From Polyangiales bacterium (GTDB lineage: Bacteria > Myxococcota_A > Polyangia > Polyangiales > JADJQN01): DNA of 64,000 bases. Below, one piece after another: positions 45,217 to 56,127 of the stretch. Both the position numbers and the translations under genes were made by a program. Under the pieces are notes generated by a model that worked only from the letters and a program-made list of their open reading frames with translations, ran no database searches and was not told where the DNA came from. Location: assembly GCA_964202905.1 (NCBI GenBank), contig CAXNJO010000002.1, positions 608,001-672,000 of the forward strand, read 5' to 3'. How positions within the stretch are numbered: the stretch's first letter is position 1; the number at the start of each line of letters is the position of its first letter.

Positions 45217-46743
45217 ATGTTCACGAAGGTGCTGGTCGCGAACCGCGGCGAGATCGCGGTGCGCATCCTGCGGACGCTCCGCGAGCTCGGCCTGCGGACG
45301 GTGGCCGTCTACAGCGACGCCGATCGCAGCGCGCCGCACGTGCGCCTCGCCGACGAGGCGGTGCACATCGGCCCCGCGCCGAGCGCGCAGAGCTATCTGC
45401 TCACCGAGCGCATCCTCGACGCCTGCCGCCGCACGGGCGCGCAGGCGGTGCACCCGGGCTACGGCTTCCTCAGCGAAAAGCCACAGTTCGCGCAGGCGTG
45501 CAAGGACGCGGGGATCGTCTTCATCGGACCCGATCCGAGCGCCATGATCGCCATGGGCAGCAAGACGGCCGCGCGCGAGCGGATGATCGCCGCGGGCGTG
45601 CCCGTCGTGCCGGGCGTGCAATCGGCGGGTTCGGTCGAAGAGCTCGCACGCGAGGCCGAGCGCGTCGGATACCCGGTGATGCTCAAGGCCGCGAACGGCG
45701 GCGGCGGCAAGGGCATGCGCCTCGTCGAGCACGCGGGCGATTTCGCGGCGGCGTACGAGCGCGCGCGCAGCGAGGCGAAGAGCGCCTTCGGCGACGAGGC
45801 CGTCTACCTCGAAAAGGCCGTGATCCGGCCGCGCCACGTCGAGATCCAGGTGCTCGGCGACCAGCACGGCCACACCGTCCACTACTTCGAGCGCGACTGC
45901 TCGATCCAGCGCCGCCACCAGAAGGTCGTCGAGGAGACGCCGACGCCCGCAGGCATCGCGACGCCCGAGCTCATCGCGCGCATGGGCGAGGTCGCGGTGC
46001 GCGCGGCGAAGGCCGTGAACTACCACTCGGCGGGCACGTGCGAGTTCCTGCTCTCGGAGACGGGCGACTTCTACTTCCTCGAGATGAACACGCGCCTGCA
46101 GGTCGAGCACCCGGTGACGGAGCTCATCACGCAGACCGATCTCGTCGCCGAGATGGTGCGCATCGCGCAGGGCGAGCCGCTCGGCTACGGGCAGGCCGAC
46201 GTGCGCCGGCACGGACACGCCATCCAGTGCCGCGTCTACGCGGAAGACCCGGCCGCGAACTTCATGCCGAGCCCCGGCCGCATCGAGACGCTGCGCGTGC
46301 CCGCGGGCCCGGGCGTGCGCGACGACTCCGGCGCGTACGAGGGCTACGAGGTCTCGAGCTTCTACGACCCGCTCATCAGCAAGCTCTGCGTGTGGGCGCC
46401 CGATCGGCCGCGCGCGCTCGCGAAGATGCGCCGCGCGCTCTCGGAGTACGTCGTCACCGGCATCAAGACCAACCTGCCCTTCCACCTCGCGCTCTTCGAG
46501 CAGCCGGACTTCGTGCGCGGCGCGTACGACACCGGCTTCATCGATCGCCACAAAGAGGCCCTGCTCGTCGGCGGACACGTGGACGGCGACGCCGAGGACG
46601 CGCTCACGATCGGCGCGGCGGTCGCGCAGGCGCTCCGCGATCACCACGCCGCGCGGGGCGCGGGGCCGGCCGGTGCGCCCGTCTCGGGCCCACCGCAGGG
46701 GCCGAGCCCCTGGCGCATCGGCGCGCTCGCGCAGCTCCGCTGA
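45217..46743 (+). CDS. Acyl-CoA carboxylase biotin carboxylase subunit (PccA/MccA-like, no fused BCCP)
   Basis: [27 protein letters not shown] and [14 protein letters not shown]; no EAMK motif. Confidence 0.92.
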   Translation: MFTKVLVANRGEIAVRILRTLRELGLRTVAVYSDADRSAPHVRLADEAVHIGPAPSAQSYLLTERILDACRRTGAQAVHPGYGFLSEKPQFAQACKDAGIVFIGPDPSAMIAMGSKTAARERMIAAGVPVVPGVQSAGSVEELAREAERVGYPVMLKAANGGGGKGMRLVEHAGDFAAAYERARSEAKSAFGDEAVYLEKAVIRPRHVEIQVLGDQHGHTVHYFERDCSIQRRHQKVVEETPTPAGIATPELIARMGEVAVRAAKAVNYHSAGTCEFLLSETGDFYFLEMNTRLQVEHPVTELITQTDLVAEMVRIAQGEPLGYGQADVRRHGHAIQCRVYAEDPAANFMPSPGRIETLRVPAGPGVRDDSGAYEGYEVSSFYDPLISKLCVWAPDRPRALAKMRRALSEYVVTGIKTNLPFHLALFEQPDFVRGAYDTGFIDRHKEALLVGGHVDGDAEDALTIGAAVAQALRDHHAARGAGPAGAPVSGPPQGPSPWRIGALAQLR

Positions 46744-46875
46744 ATCGCGCGTCGGCGGCGCCCCGCGCGGCGCCACTGAATCGCCATTCAGCGCGCGCAA
46801 GGGCGGGAGCGTCACGGTGCGCCGCGTCCCTCGGCTGCGCGTCGCGCCGCGTCCTCGGCGCGCGCAGCACGCGCT

Positions 46876-47388
46876 TCAGGGCGTCGCGCCCATGGCCTCG
46901 AGGCGGGCCCGAGCGTGGGCGCGGCACGACGACGAACAACCGCGCTGACCGGGTCGCGGTCGCTCCGAATAGGTGTACGCGAGGGCATCGTCGGAGATGG
47001 CACCGCGCAGACGCTGATCGGTCGTCCAGACGCAGCCGTCCGAGAAATCGAACTCGGTGTTCAGCGCGAGGTCGACCTGCCCGCTCTCGATACGCCCGAG
47101 AAACAACGCGTTTCCGAAGCTCGCCTTCGCCCAGCCGTTCCCCGTGCACGGATAGCGCAGCGCGCCGGGCACCCGCGTCACGCGTTCGTCGATGAAGCAG
47201 CCCGCGGCGCCCTCGGTGCGCGCGACGACGAGCCGCTTCGTGCAGATGGGCTCGGCGCCCGTCGGCGGCGGGCGCTCCGGCAGCCGCACGCGGAGCTCAC
47301 GGATCTCGGCGCGCGCGACCGCGGCCACCGCGAGCGACGCGGTGATCGCAGCGACGAGCGCCCCCCGCCTCGCGTCGCGCCCGATCAT
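46876..47388 (-). CDS. Secreted Cys-containing hypothetical protein
   Basis: Signal peptide ending ARA; six Cys; ATGA overlap with the upstream vWA lipoprotein. Confidence 0.65.
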   Translation of the reverse strand: MIGRDARRGALVAAITASLAVAAVARAEIRELRVRLPERPPPTGAEPICTKRLVVARTEGAAGCFIDERVTRVPGALRYPCTGNGWAKASFGNALFLGRIESGQVDLALNTEFDFSDGCVWTTDQRLRGAISDDALAYTYSERPRPGQRGCSSSCRAHARARLEAMGATP

Positions 47389-49712
47389 GCACCGCGACGC
47401 GGAACGACGATGATGACGGGCTTCTCGTCGAGCACCGTCACGCCGTCGCCGATCACCTGGAGGCGCACGGTGAAGACCTGATCGACGTCGGTCTGCGCGA
47501 CGCTGTCGTTGTAGGCCGTGACGGTGAAGGTCACGACGGTGCCCGGCGTCACGTTGACGAACGAGTCGAACACGGTGTCGCCGTCGAGGTCCGCGACGGT
47601 CGGCGAAGGCGCGCCCGCGGGGGGACGCGCGCTGCGCGGGATGGTGGCCTTCACGAAGCCGTTGGGGTCGTCGAGCACGCGGATGGAGACCGTGTCGAGC
47701 TCGATGCCGGTGACGAGCGTGTTGACCGCGTCGACGAGCGTCGCGGAGAGACCCGAGCCGTTCGACCGCGCGTCGAAGACGAGCGGGCACGTCGGCATTC
47801 CGTCGGAGCCCGTGATGGGCCGCACGTCACGACCGTCGACGCCCGTCGTGCAGAAGCCGCGCGCGTCCGGCGGCGTCACGGCCCCCGTCGCGACCGCGAG
47901 GTCCTCGAGCGGCGCGCGCGCGACCGTGCGCGAGGCGACACCGATGAGGCGCGCACGGATGCCCGTGAGCGCGGTGACGACGTCGTCGCGCGAGTGCGCC
48001 CCCGTGATGCGCCCGGCCTCGTACTCGGCCGGCGCGTGCGGCACGTCGTCGGTCACGAAGATCACGATGGGCAGCGCGCCGTCGCGGAAACCGACACCGC
48101 CGATCGTGCCGGCGCCGGGCGTGGAGGCGTCGGAGGTGAAGGCGGGCACGGAACCGCCCGGCCACGTCACGCCATCGCCCGCCGCGATCTGGAAGAGCGC
48201 CTCGAAGATCGACTCGGGGAGGTCGCCGCCGCAGCCGAGCGGCATGTCGAGGCGGTTGAGCGCGGTCTGCACGCGCGCGTCGGCCGTCGTGATCTGCTGC
48301 AGGAGGCGGAAGGGCCGGTCGGGTGTGCCGCCGCAGTCGTTGTTGCCGAAGGGCGCGATCGGGAAGTCCTCGAACTCGTTGACGCCGAAGGCGCTGTCGG
48401 CGATGACGGCGCGGACGCCGGGGATGATCGTCGAGCCGAGCGAGGCTTGGAGGTTGTTGATCTCCTCGCCCATCGAGCCCGTCGTGTCGACGCTGATCAT
48501 CACGTCGGCGACACGGATGTTGGTGTCGAAGGTGAGCGTGTTCGCGGCCTCGCCGCCCGGGTCGTCGGTCGGGAGCACGAAGTAGAACTCGGGGATCCGC
48601 GAGGCGGGGTCACAGGGGTTGGTGCCCGCGGTCGTCTCGGCGAGGTCGCTCTGGCCGTCCCCGTCGGTGTCCGCGCGCGTGCGGTCGAGGCAGGCGCGCA
48701 TCGCCTCGTCGCGGTCCGAGAGGCCGTCGTTGTCGGAGTCGAGGTCGCGGAAGTCCGCGCGCCCGTCGCGGTCGCTGTCGACCGGCGTCGTGCCCGCGTC
48801 GGTGTCGCCGGCCTCGAGGCGATCGAGCACGCCGTCGCCGTCCGCGTCGTCGTCGCGGAAGTCGGGGCGCCCGTCGCCATCGGTGTCGGGCGCACCGCCC
48901 GGGGCGTCGCGTCCCTCGTCGAGGTCCGCGATGCCGTCGCCGTCCGCGTCGGTCAGGTCACGTACGGGGATGCACGCCGAGGCGCGGCACACGCTGCCCG
49001 CCGCGCACGCTGCGCCGCAGGTGCCGCAGTTCTCGGTGTTGGTCGTGGTGTCGACGCACGCCGACGAGCAGTTGGTCGTGCCGGGCGGACACTCGAGCGC
49101 GCAACGCCCTGCGGCGCAGACCTCGCCCGCCTCGCAGGAGACGCCGCAGCCGCCGCAGTTCCGCGGGTCGACGCCCGTGTCGAAGCAGGCGTCGCCGCAG
49201 CGCGCGAGCGGCGACGGGCAGGTGTCCGTGCACACGCCGCCGCTGCAGAAGCCCGTGGCCCCGCACGCGCTGTCGCAGGCGCCGCACGCGACCGGGCTGC
49301 TCGCGAGGTCGACGCAGAGCTCGCCGCACACCGCGAGCGGACACGTCGGCGTGCACGCGCCCTCGCTGCAGAACTCGCGGTCACCGCAGCGCGTCCCGCA
49401 CACGCCGCAGTTCTCGCGGTCGCTGCGACGATCGACACAGGCGCCGCCGCACTCGGTGAGCGCGCCCGCGCAGTTCACGCTCCCGTCCGGCGCCGGACCG
49501 CCGTCGCGCGGCACGTCGCCGTCGGCGGGGACGTCGCCGTCCACCGGCGCGTCGCCATCGGCCGGCACGTCGCCGTCGGTGCGCGGCCGGACCGACGCGT
49601 CGAAGTCGAAGTCTTCGCGGGTCGGACCGCGGGCGCCGAAGCAGCCGGCGAGGCACAGCGCTGCGAGCGCGGGCGCGAAGAACAGACGCGAGAGCGGGAC
49701 GCGTGACGACAT
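47385..49712 (-). CDS. Cys-rich lipoprotein with Ca-binding DxDxDG repeats and an integrin-beta-like vWA domain (CglD-like architecture)
   Basis: Lipobox LAGC; CVD...D..NCG.CG..C repeats; DADGDG/DSDNDG repeats; MIDAS DTTGSM and GGDLPES. Confidence 0.75.
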   Translation of the reverse strand: MSSRVPLSRLFFAPALAALCLAGCFGARGPTREDFDFDASVRPRTDGDVPADGDAPVDGDVPADGDVPRDGGPAPDGSVNCAGALTECGGACVDRRSDRENCGVCGTRCGDREFCSEGACTPTCPLAVCGELCVDLASSPVACGACDSACGATGFCSGGVCTDTCPSPLARCGDACFDTGVDPRNCGGCGVSCEAGEVCAAGRCALECPPGTTNCSSACVDTTTNTENCGTCGAACAAGSVCRASACIPVRDLTDADGDGIADLDEGRDAPGGAPDTDGDGRPDFRDDDADGDGVLDRLEAGDTDAGTTPVDSDRDGRADFRDLDSDNDGLSDRDEAMRACLDRTRADTDGDGQSDLAETTAGTNPCDPASRIPEFYFVLPTDDPGGEAANTLTFDTNIRVADVMISVDTTGSMGEEINNLQASLGSTIIPGVRAVIADSAFGVNEFEDFPIAPFGNNDCGGTPDRPFRLLQQITTADARVQTALNRLDMPLGCGGDLPESIFEALFQIAAGDGVTWPGGSVPAFTSDASTPGAGTIGGVGFRDGALPIVIFVTDDVPHAPAEYEAGRITGAHSRDDVVTALTGIRARLIGVASRTVARAPLEDLAVATGAVTPPDARGFCTTGVDGRDVRPITGSDGMPTCPLVFDARSNGSGLSATLVDAVNTLVTGIELDTVSIRVLDDPNGFVKATIPRSARPPAGAPSPTVADLDGDTVFDSFVNVTPGTVVTFTVTAYNDSVAQTDVDQVFTVRLQVIGDGVTVLDEKPVIIVVPRRGA

Positions 49713-49796
49713 GCGCGCAGCCTACACGAATCGCCCCCCGCGCCGCACGCAGAGGTGGCTTGTGCCGCGGCTCTCCGCCGCGCAGCGCGGGCCGCT

Positions 49797-50129
49797 TCAG
49801 CGCGGCGCGCGCCAGCGGAGGATGCGCGCGGGCCAGGGCGCGCACGCCTCGCCGCGGCAGTCCTTCGCGAGGGCGACGAGGAAGCGCCGCGCCTGCGCGA
49901 GGAGCCAGGCCGACGGCGCGCCGGGCACCTCGAGCGCGACGGCCGCCTCCGGGCCGAGCGACGGATCGAGCGCGATCGCGGCGCGCGCGCGGCACACCGC
50001 GTGGGGTTCGGCGAGCGCGACCTCGTAGTGCGCGTGCGACCCGTCGACGTCTCGCAGCACGAGCAACACGCGGCCGCCGTGCGCCGGACGCAACGCGGCG
50101 TCGTCGTCCGAGGCGCCGCCGTAGCTCAC
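49797..50129 (-). CDS. Hypothetical protein
   Basis: GTG 50129 after a G-rich RBS-like stretch; 110 aa. Confidence 0.45.
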   Translation of the reverse strand: MSYGGASDDDAALRPAHGGRVLLVLRDVDGSHAHYEVALAEPHAVCRARAAIALDPSLGPEAAVALEVPGAPSAWLLAQARRFLVALAKDCRGEACAPWPARILRWRAPR

Positions 50130-50154
50130 GCTGCCCCCGCGACTGAATGGTCGT

Positions 50155-52309
50155 TCATCGCGTCGTCCCCCACGCGCCCGCGTCGACGACGGGCAGCGGC
50201 ACGCCGCCATCGCCCGCGAACGCGCCACCGTCGTCGGGCACGCCGCCATCGGGCGGCGCGAGCGTCGTCGGCACGAGCTGGTCGCCGCGGACGAGCACCG
50301 CGCCGCCATCGGGCAGCACATAGCCCCCGCGCACCTCGTCGAATTTCGGGATCGGGAAGGTGATCGGCGATCGCGACGCTGCCGCGCACGCGCCCCTCGA
50401 GCACCTCGACACGCACCGGGCGCTCAAGCGCGAACACGTAGCCGCCCTCGTTCACCTCGAGGCGGTACGTCTCGCCCTCGTGCTCCATGTCGCGCGAGAA
50501 GTTGACGCGCTGCATGCCGACGCGGCGGTGGTGCCGGTGCGCGAGCACGAAGCTCATGAGCCGCACGGCGATGTGGTTGTGGAGGCGGTGACACCCGTGG
50601 GAGTGGCGCCGCATGATGCTCATGTAGTCGACCGAGCCGTGCGAGCGGATGCCCTCGTCGCCGTAGATGCGGAGCGCGCCGTCGCCCGTCTCGCGGAAGG
50701 TGTGGTGATAGGCGGCGACGAGCCCGTACGCCGACGCGTAGCTCGGCCCCGTCTCGTGCACGTCGACGACGAAGGGCTTCTCGCTCGTGCTTCGGCGGTG
50801 CGGGTTGCGGTCGAGCAGATCGCGGGGCGGCGTCGTCTCCGGCGGGAGCCACACGGGCGCCGCGACGATCTCCGTCCAGACGACGGGACCGAAGGGAGAA
50901 CCCTTGTATTTCCACCACACCTGGCCATCGATGAACTCGCTGCGCCAACCGCCGATCGTCGTGCCGAAGCGCGCGAGCGGGATGCGCTCGTCGCGGTACG
51001 TCGTGAAGATCGTCGTGTGCGGGCGGCGCTCGATCGACTGCGCGCGCTCGGCGCCGAGGTCGTCGTAGGGGAACTCGTACCAGACGTCGCCGCGGTCGAT
51101 CTCGACCGAGAGCTCCATGTCGCCGTCGTAGTACTCGGGCAGCGGCGGCCGCGCGAAGGCGACGAGCTTCTCGCCGTCGGCCGGGAGATCACCGAGCCCC
51201 TCGACGAAGGCGAGCGCCCGCTCGGGCGTCTCGAGACCGAAGGCCGCGACGAGCGCGTCGCGCAGGGCCGCCTCGAGGTTGGGCACCGGGTGCTGCGCCC
51301 CATCGCGACCGCGGAAGGTGCGCGGCGTCCCGTCCGGCTTCGTCGAGGTGCTGCCGTCCTCGATGACGCCCGCGGCGTGCATCGCGCGCTCGCTCAGCAC
51401 GCGGACGAGATCGTCGCGCTCCGTCTCGAGCGGGCTGCGGCGCGCCGCCGCGAGCGTCAGCGGGCCGAGGAAGCCCCAACCGTAGACGCGGTGCCGCTTC
51501 TCGAACTTCGCGAGGGCCTCGTGCGTCGGCAGATCGAGCGCGCCCGGTACGTGTCGGCCGAGCCCGCGGTAGAAGCCCTCGCATTGCAGGCGCTGCTGCA
51601 GCGCGCGGATCGCCCGCGCCCGCGGGAGGCGCTCCACGAACTGGTCGAGCGCGCCGCGCTCGCGATCGGAGAGCGGCGCGCGATCGAGCAGCGCGGGCTC
51701 CGCGACGCGCTGCCGCTCGAGCAGGCGGCGCACCTCGCGCTCGAGCGCGTCGAAGCGCGACGCGTCACGGCGGCTCTCCTCGTTGCCGCGGAAGGGGATC
51801 GTCCCCTCGAACGCCTCGAGGCCGGCGAGATCGACGTCCCGCGCGCACGCGAGGCCGCTCGTCGTGCGCATGCGGGCGCGGAGCAGCGAGACCGAGGGCG
51901 CGATGCCGTAGAGCTCGAGGTACTCGTCGGTGCGGGCGCGCTCGCCGTGGAGGTCGTCGCCGAAGTCGCCGCGCGCAAGCGCGAGGTAGGTGCGGCGGTA
52001 GGAGTTCGGGACGACGGGCTCGGCCTCGTTGCCCCGCTCTCCGAAGAGGTAGGGTGCCCAGCCGTCCCCGAGATCGAGGACCACGAAGCCCTCCTCGCGG
52101 GCACGCGCGGCGTCGACCTGACGCACGACGCGGCCGGCCTCCCAGAGCGGCACCGGGCGCGCGAGCGGGGGCGGGCGGCTGTCGGTGTCGTGCGGGGGCG
52201 CGGGGGCCTCGGGCGCAGGCGGCGTCGGCGCGACGGGTGCGGGCGGCGCGGTCGCGGGCGGCGCGTCGCCTCCGCTGCAGGCGACGAGCGCGGCGGCCGT
52301 GAGGAACAT
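50155..52309 (-). CDS. L,D-transpeptidase (YkuD-like) lipoprotein with peptidoglycan-binding domain, frameshift near 50370
   Basis: Lipobox LVAC; LQQRLQCEGF..T..AL..FE PG-binding pattern; P.WLPP; HGS...SHGCHRL catalytic motif. Confidence 0.78.
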
Positions 52310-52549
52310 CGGGGCGCAGCGGGAGAGACGCACGGCGGGCGACCTTTCGACGAATGGGACGGCCGCGCAAGCGCTGCGGCCGACGGGCGCGCAGGGCCCC
52401 GGTGCGCGGCCTCGATGCGCGCGGCGTGCCACGGGCCGACCCCGCGGATCTCCCTGCAACATGGGCGTCCCGGGACGCGCAGGCGTGGCTCCCGGGACGC
52501 ACGCGCGCGGCCCCCCGGCCACGGCGCGGCGCCCCGCGGGAGCGCCCGG

Positions 52550-53314
52550 TCAGAGCCCGCCGCCGCCGTCCACGTCGATCGTGCGCGCGTTGAAGTAGTC
52601 GCACTCGAGCACGAACTTCACGGCGACCCAGAGATCCTCGGGCAGGCCGATGCGGCCGACGGGGATCGTCGCCACGATCGCGTCGCGCGCCTTCTGGTTC
52701 ATGCCCTGCGTCATCGGCGTCTCGACCATGCCCGGGGCGACCGCGCCGACGCGGATACCGAAGGACGCGAACTCCTTGGCCCAGGTGACGGTGTTCGCGG
52801 CGAGCGCGGCCTTGGCCGCAGCGTAGTTGGACTGGCCGCGGTTCCCGTGGCGCGCGATGGAGGACATGTTGACGATGACGCCGGGCTTCGCGCCCGTCTC
52901 GACCATCTTCGCGGCGACCTCGCGCACCATCATCACGGCGCCGGTGAGGTTCACGTCGAGGACGGCGAGGAACTGTTCGCGCGACATCTTCTTGATCTCG
53001 CCGGTCTCGCGGTCCTTCTTCACGAGGAGACCATCACGAAGGATGCCAGCGTTGTTGATGAGCCCGTTGAGCCCGCCCATCGCCTCGTGCGCCCAGGCGA
53101 CGAAGGCGATGCAGTCCGCCTCGCTCGCGACATCGAGCTTGCGCGCGTGGATGCGGCCGGGGCCGCTGACGCTCTGCGCGACCTCGGCGAGCAGGTCCTC
53201 CTTCACGTCGCCGATCGCGACCTGCGCGCCGGCCTCGGCGAGCCGCCGGGCGAAGTGCGCGCCCATGCCCTGGGCGCCGCCGGTGACGATGATCTTCAGG
53301 TCCTCGAGCTTCAT
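52550..53314 (-). CDS. Short-chain dehydrogenase/reductase (FabG-like)
   Basis: TGGAQGMG, NNAGILRDG and YAAAK; ATG 53314 after GGAGG. Confidence 0.93.
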   Translation of the reverse strand: MKLEDLKIIVTGGAQGMGAHFARRLAEAGAQVAIGDVKEDLLAEVAQSVSGPGRIHARKLDVASEADCIAFVAWAHEAMGGLNGLINNAGILRDGLLVKKDRETGEIKKMSREQFLAVLDVNLTGAVMMVREVAAKMVETGAKPGVIVNMSSIARHGNRGQSNYAAAKAALAANTVTWAKEFASFGIRVGAVAPGMVETPMTQGMNQKARDAIVATIPVGRIGLPEDLWVAVKFVLECDYFNARTIDVDGGGGL

Positions 53315-53483
53315 GTCGTTGGCCTCCGCGCGCCGCACCCGTCCAACCCGGACGGCGGGCGCGGGCAGCGGATACCACGAACGGCCGCGTGCGTCAGCCG
53401 CGTCCCACGCGCCGCGACGCGGACCGCGCCCGGCACCGCGGCGCTCTTGCGACGCGGGCGCGACTGCGCTTTGCTGCGCGCCG

Positions 53484-55908
53484 ATGACGCTTCCGCCGCA
53501 GCGCGCCCCCGAGGGCGCCGCGCCCGCCCCAGACACCGCGACCGCCCGCGGCGGGGACACGCGCGCGGCGGCCTCGCGCAGCGGCGCGTCGCCCCGCGGC
53601 ACGATGCAGATGTGGGCCGCGCTCGGCGACTCGATCGGGCGCGGGAGCGGGAGCGGCGGCGCCGGGCTCGACGAGACGGTCGCGTCGGTGCTGCACGCGC
53701 GCGCATTTCGCCACTTCGCGGAAGGGGCGCGGCAATATCTCGCGCTGCGACTCGGGAGCGCGGAGGCCGCGGACGTCGCGCTCCGCCGGCTGCGGATCAT
53801 CGCGGGGGAGTGGCCCGCGACCGAGCTCATCGCGCCCCCGGGCCCGCGCGCGCGTCTCTATCGCAAGGCGCGCGAGCTCGCGGCGGCGCAGCGCGGCGCA
53901 GGCGGCGGGCCTGGCGCGAGTTCGGGGGCGGCGCTCCCCTGGCGTCCCCCGGCGCACGACACCCCGGCGGCGTATCGGCGCGCGCTTGGCGAGGTGCGGG
54001 CGCTGCCGACACACCTCGCGGAGGTGCTCGAACTCCGTTTCGCGCGGGAGCTCGGCGAGGCGGAGATCGCCTTCGTGCTCGCGGCGGACGGCGCGCAGGT
54101 CGAGGCGATGCTCGGCGAGGCGACGCGGCGTGCGGAGGCCCTGCTCGGACCGAGCCCGCCGAGCGTGATCCCGGGCCTCGCGGGCGCGCTCATCGAGGCG
54201 TTTTCCCTCGAGCCGCCCGGCACCGCGACGGCCAGCGTGCGCGCGTCCGAGGAGCCCGGCGGCATCGAGCTCGGCACCGTGCTCGGCGGGCGCTACCGGC
54301 TCGAGAAGCGCGTCGGCGCGGGCGCTTTCGGCGAGGTGTACAAGGCCGCCGACACCGAGGTGCCCGGTCACGTCGTCGCGCTGAAGCTGCTGCACCAGCC
54401 GGCGCTCAGCGAGAACGCGCGCGCGAACGCGCTGCGCGAGCTGAACCTCATCGCGTCCGTGTTCCATCCGTCGATCGTGCAGTTCAAGGATCACGGCTGG
54501 TTCGCGGGCCGGCTGTGGTTCGTGATGCCCTGGTACGACGGCGAGCCGCTCGAGAAGCGCATCGCGCGCGAGCCGCTCACGCGTGCCGAGGCGCGCACGT
54601 TCTTCGAACCCATCGCGCGGGCGCTCGCGACGATGCACGCGTCGGGGCTGCGCCATCAGGACATCAAGCCCGACAACATCTTCCTCGCGCGCCTGAAGAC
54701 GAGCGCGCACACGACCGCGGGCGACGTGCTCCCGGTGCTGCTCGATCTCGGCGTCGCCGCGAAGGACACGGAGGCGATGCTCGGCGGCACGCCGCTCTAC
54801 TTCCCGCCCGAGATCGCCGCGCAGTTCGCGGACGTCGCGAGCCCCTACCCCGTCACGCTGGCCGCGGATGTGTTCTCGCTCGCGCTCACGCTGCGCAACG
54901 CGCTCGAGCCCTCGACGCAGGAAGACGTGCCCGGCGGCGCGGTCGAGGCGTTCATCGCGCACCGCGCAGCGCACGTGCCGCGGGCCCCGGTCGGCACCGA
55001 CCTGCGCTACCTCGCGCCGCACTTCGAGCGCTGGCTGAACCCGGACCCGGCGCGCCGTCCGACCGCCGACGCCTTCGCCGACGAGCTCGCCGCGCTCACC
55101 GCGCCCGAAGAGCGCCGCGCCCGCCGCGCGCGCACGCTGCGCTGGCTCGCGCCGCTCCTCGCCGCGCTCGGGGTCGATCAGCGGCGCCTCGTTCTACGCG
55201 CTCCGCAAGGACGCGCAGCTGAGCGCGCTGCTGGCCTCGCAGGCGCAGGCCGACGCCTCGAACGCCCGCGCGGAAACCACGGAAATCAAGGCGGATCTGG
55301 CGATCACGCAGGCGCGGGAGCAGGCCCTCAGCGACGACAACGGCTCGCTGCAGGACGCCATCCGCCGCAACCACCTGTCGCAGGAGCAGCTCGTGCGCGA
55401 GCTCGCGACGACGCAGGCGCAGGTGCAGCGCCTCGGCGAGGCCGTCGAGCGCAACAGCGAGCGCGCCGCGTCCCTGGCGGGTGCGCTCGAAGCCGCCGAA
55501 ACACGGGGCGCGCAGCTCACGACCGAGCTCGCGCAGATGCGCAGCACGCGCGAGGCCGCGGAGCAGCGCGGCGCGCAGCTCACCACGGAACTCAGCGGCG
55601 CGCGGCAATCGCTCGCAGCACGCGAAGGTGAGCTCGCGACGGCGCGTCAGTCGCTCGCGGCGCGCGAGGGCGAACTCGCACAGGTGCGCGCGGACGAAGA
55701 GCGCCTCACGCGCGAGCTGACGCAGGCCCGCGCCGACGCCGAACGACTCACGCGCGAGCTCGCGGAAGCGCGCAGCGACGCGGCGGGCGCGGCCGCGCAG
55801 ATCGCCGCCGCCGACGCGCGCCGCGCCGAGGCCGAGCGCGACGTGAGCGAGCTGCGCCGCGAGCTCGAGCGGCTGCGCAACGCCGAGCCTGCGCCCGCGG
55901 GGCCCTGA
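53484..55908 (+). CDS. Ser/Thr protein kinase with N-terminal ECF-sigma-like region, TM helix and C-terminal coiled coil, frameshift near 55171
   Basis: GAGAFGEVY, VALK, HQDIKPDN, DLG and GTPLYFPPE; extra G in GGGG at 55170-55173; heptad repeats to 55908; start uncertain (53484 or 53604). Confidence 0.8.
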
Positions 55909-56093
55909 GCCGCGCGGCGCGCTCGCTCGCGCGTCAATAGCCCCGATACGCGGGCCCGGCTTCCTTGCGGAGCGACATCACCGCGATCGAGATCCGCGCG
56001 AGTCCTTCGCGAGGTAGTGACGCGGAATCATCGGTTGGTGCAGCAACTTGCCGAGCCGCGTGAGGGAGAAGGTGCCGAGCACGGGATTCGACG
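55644..56093. repeat. Direct repeat, copy 1 (450 bp)
   Basis: Matches 59583-59994 with substitutions and indels; spans the kinase 3' end and the 3' end of a convergent ORF. Confidence 0.92.
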
Positions 56094-56127
56094 CACCGAG
56101 CCCGAGCGATTCCCAGCGCGCGAGCCG

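Noticed and set aside
55170..55173. Programmed frameshift or phase variation in the kinase and other broken genes
   Set aside because: Runs are only 3-4 nt with no slippery heptamer; sequencing error is more parsimonious
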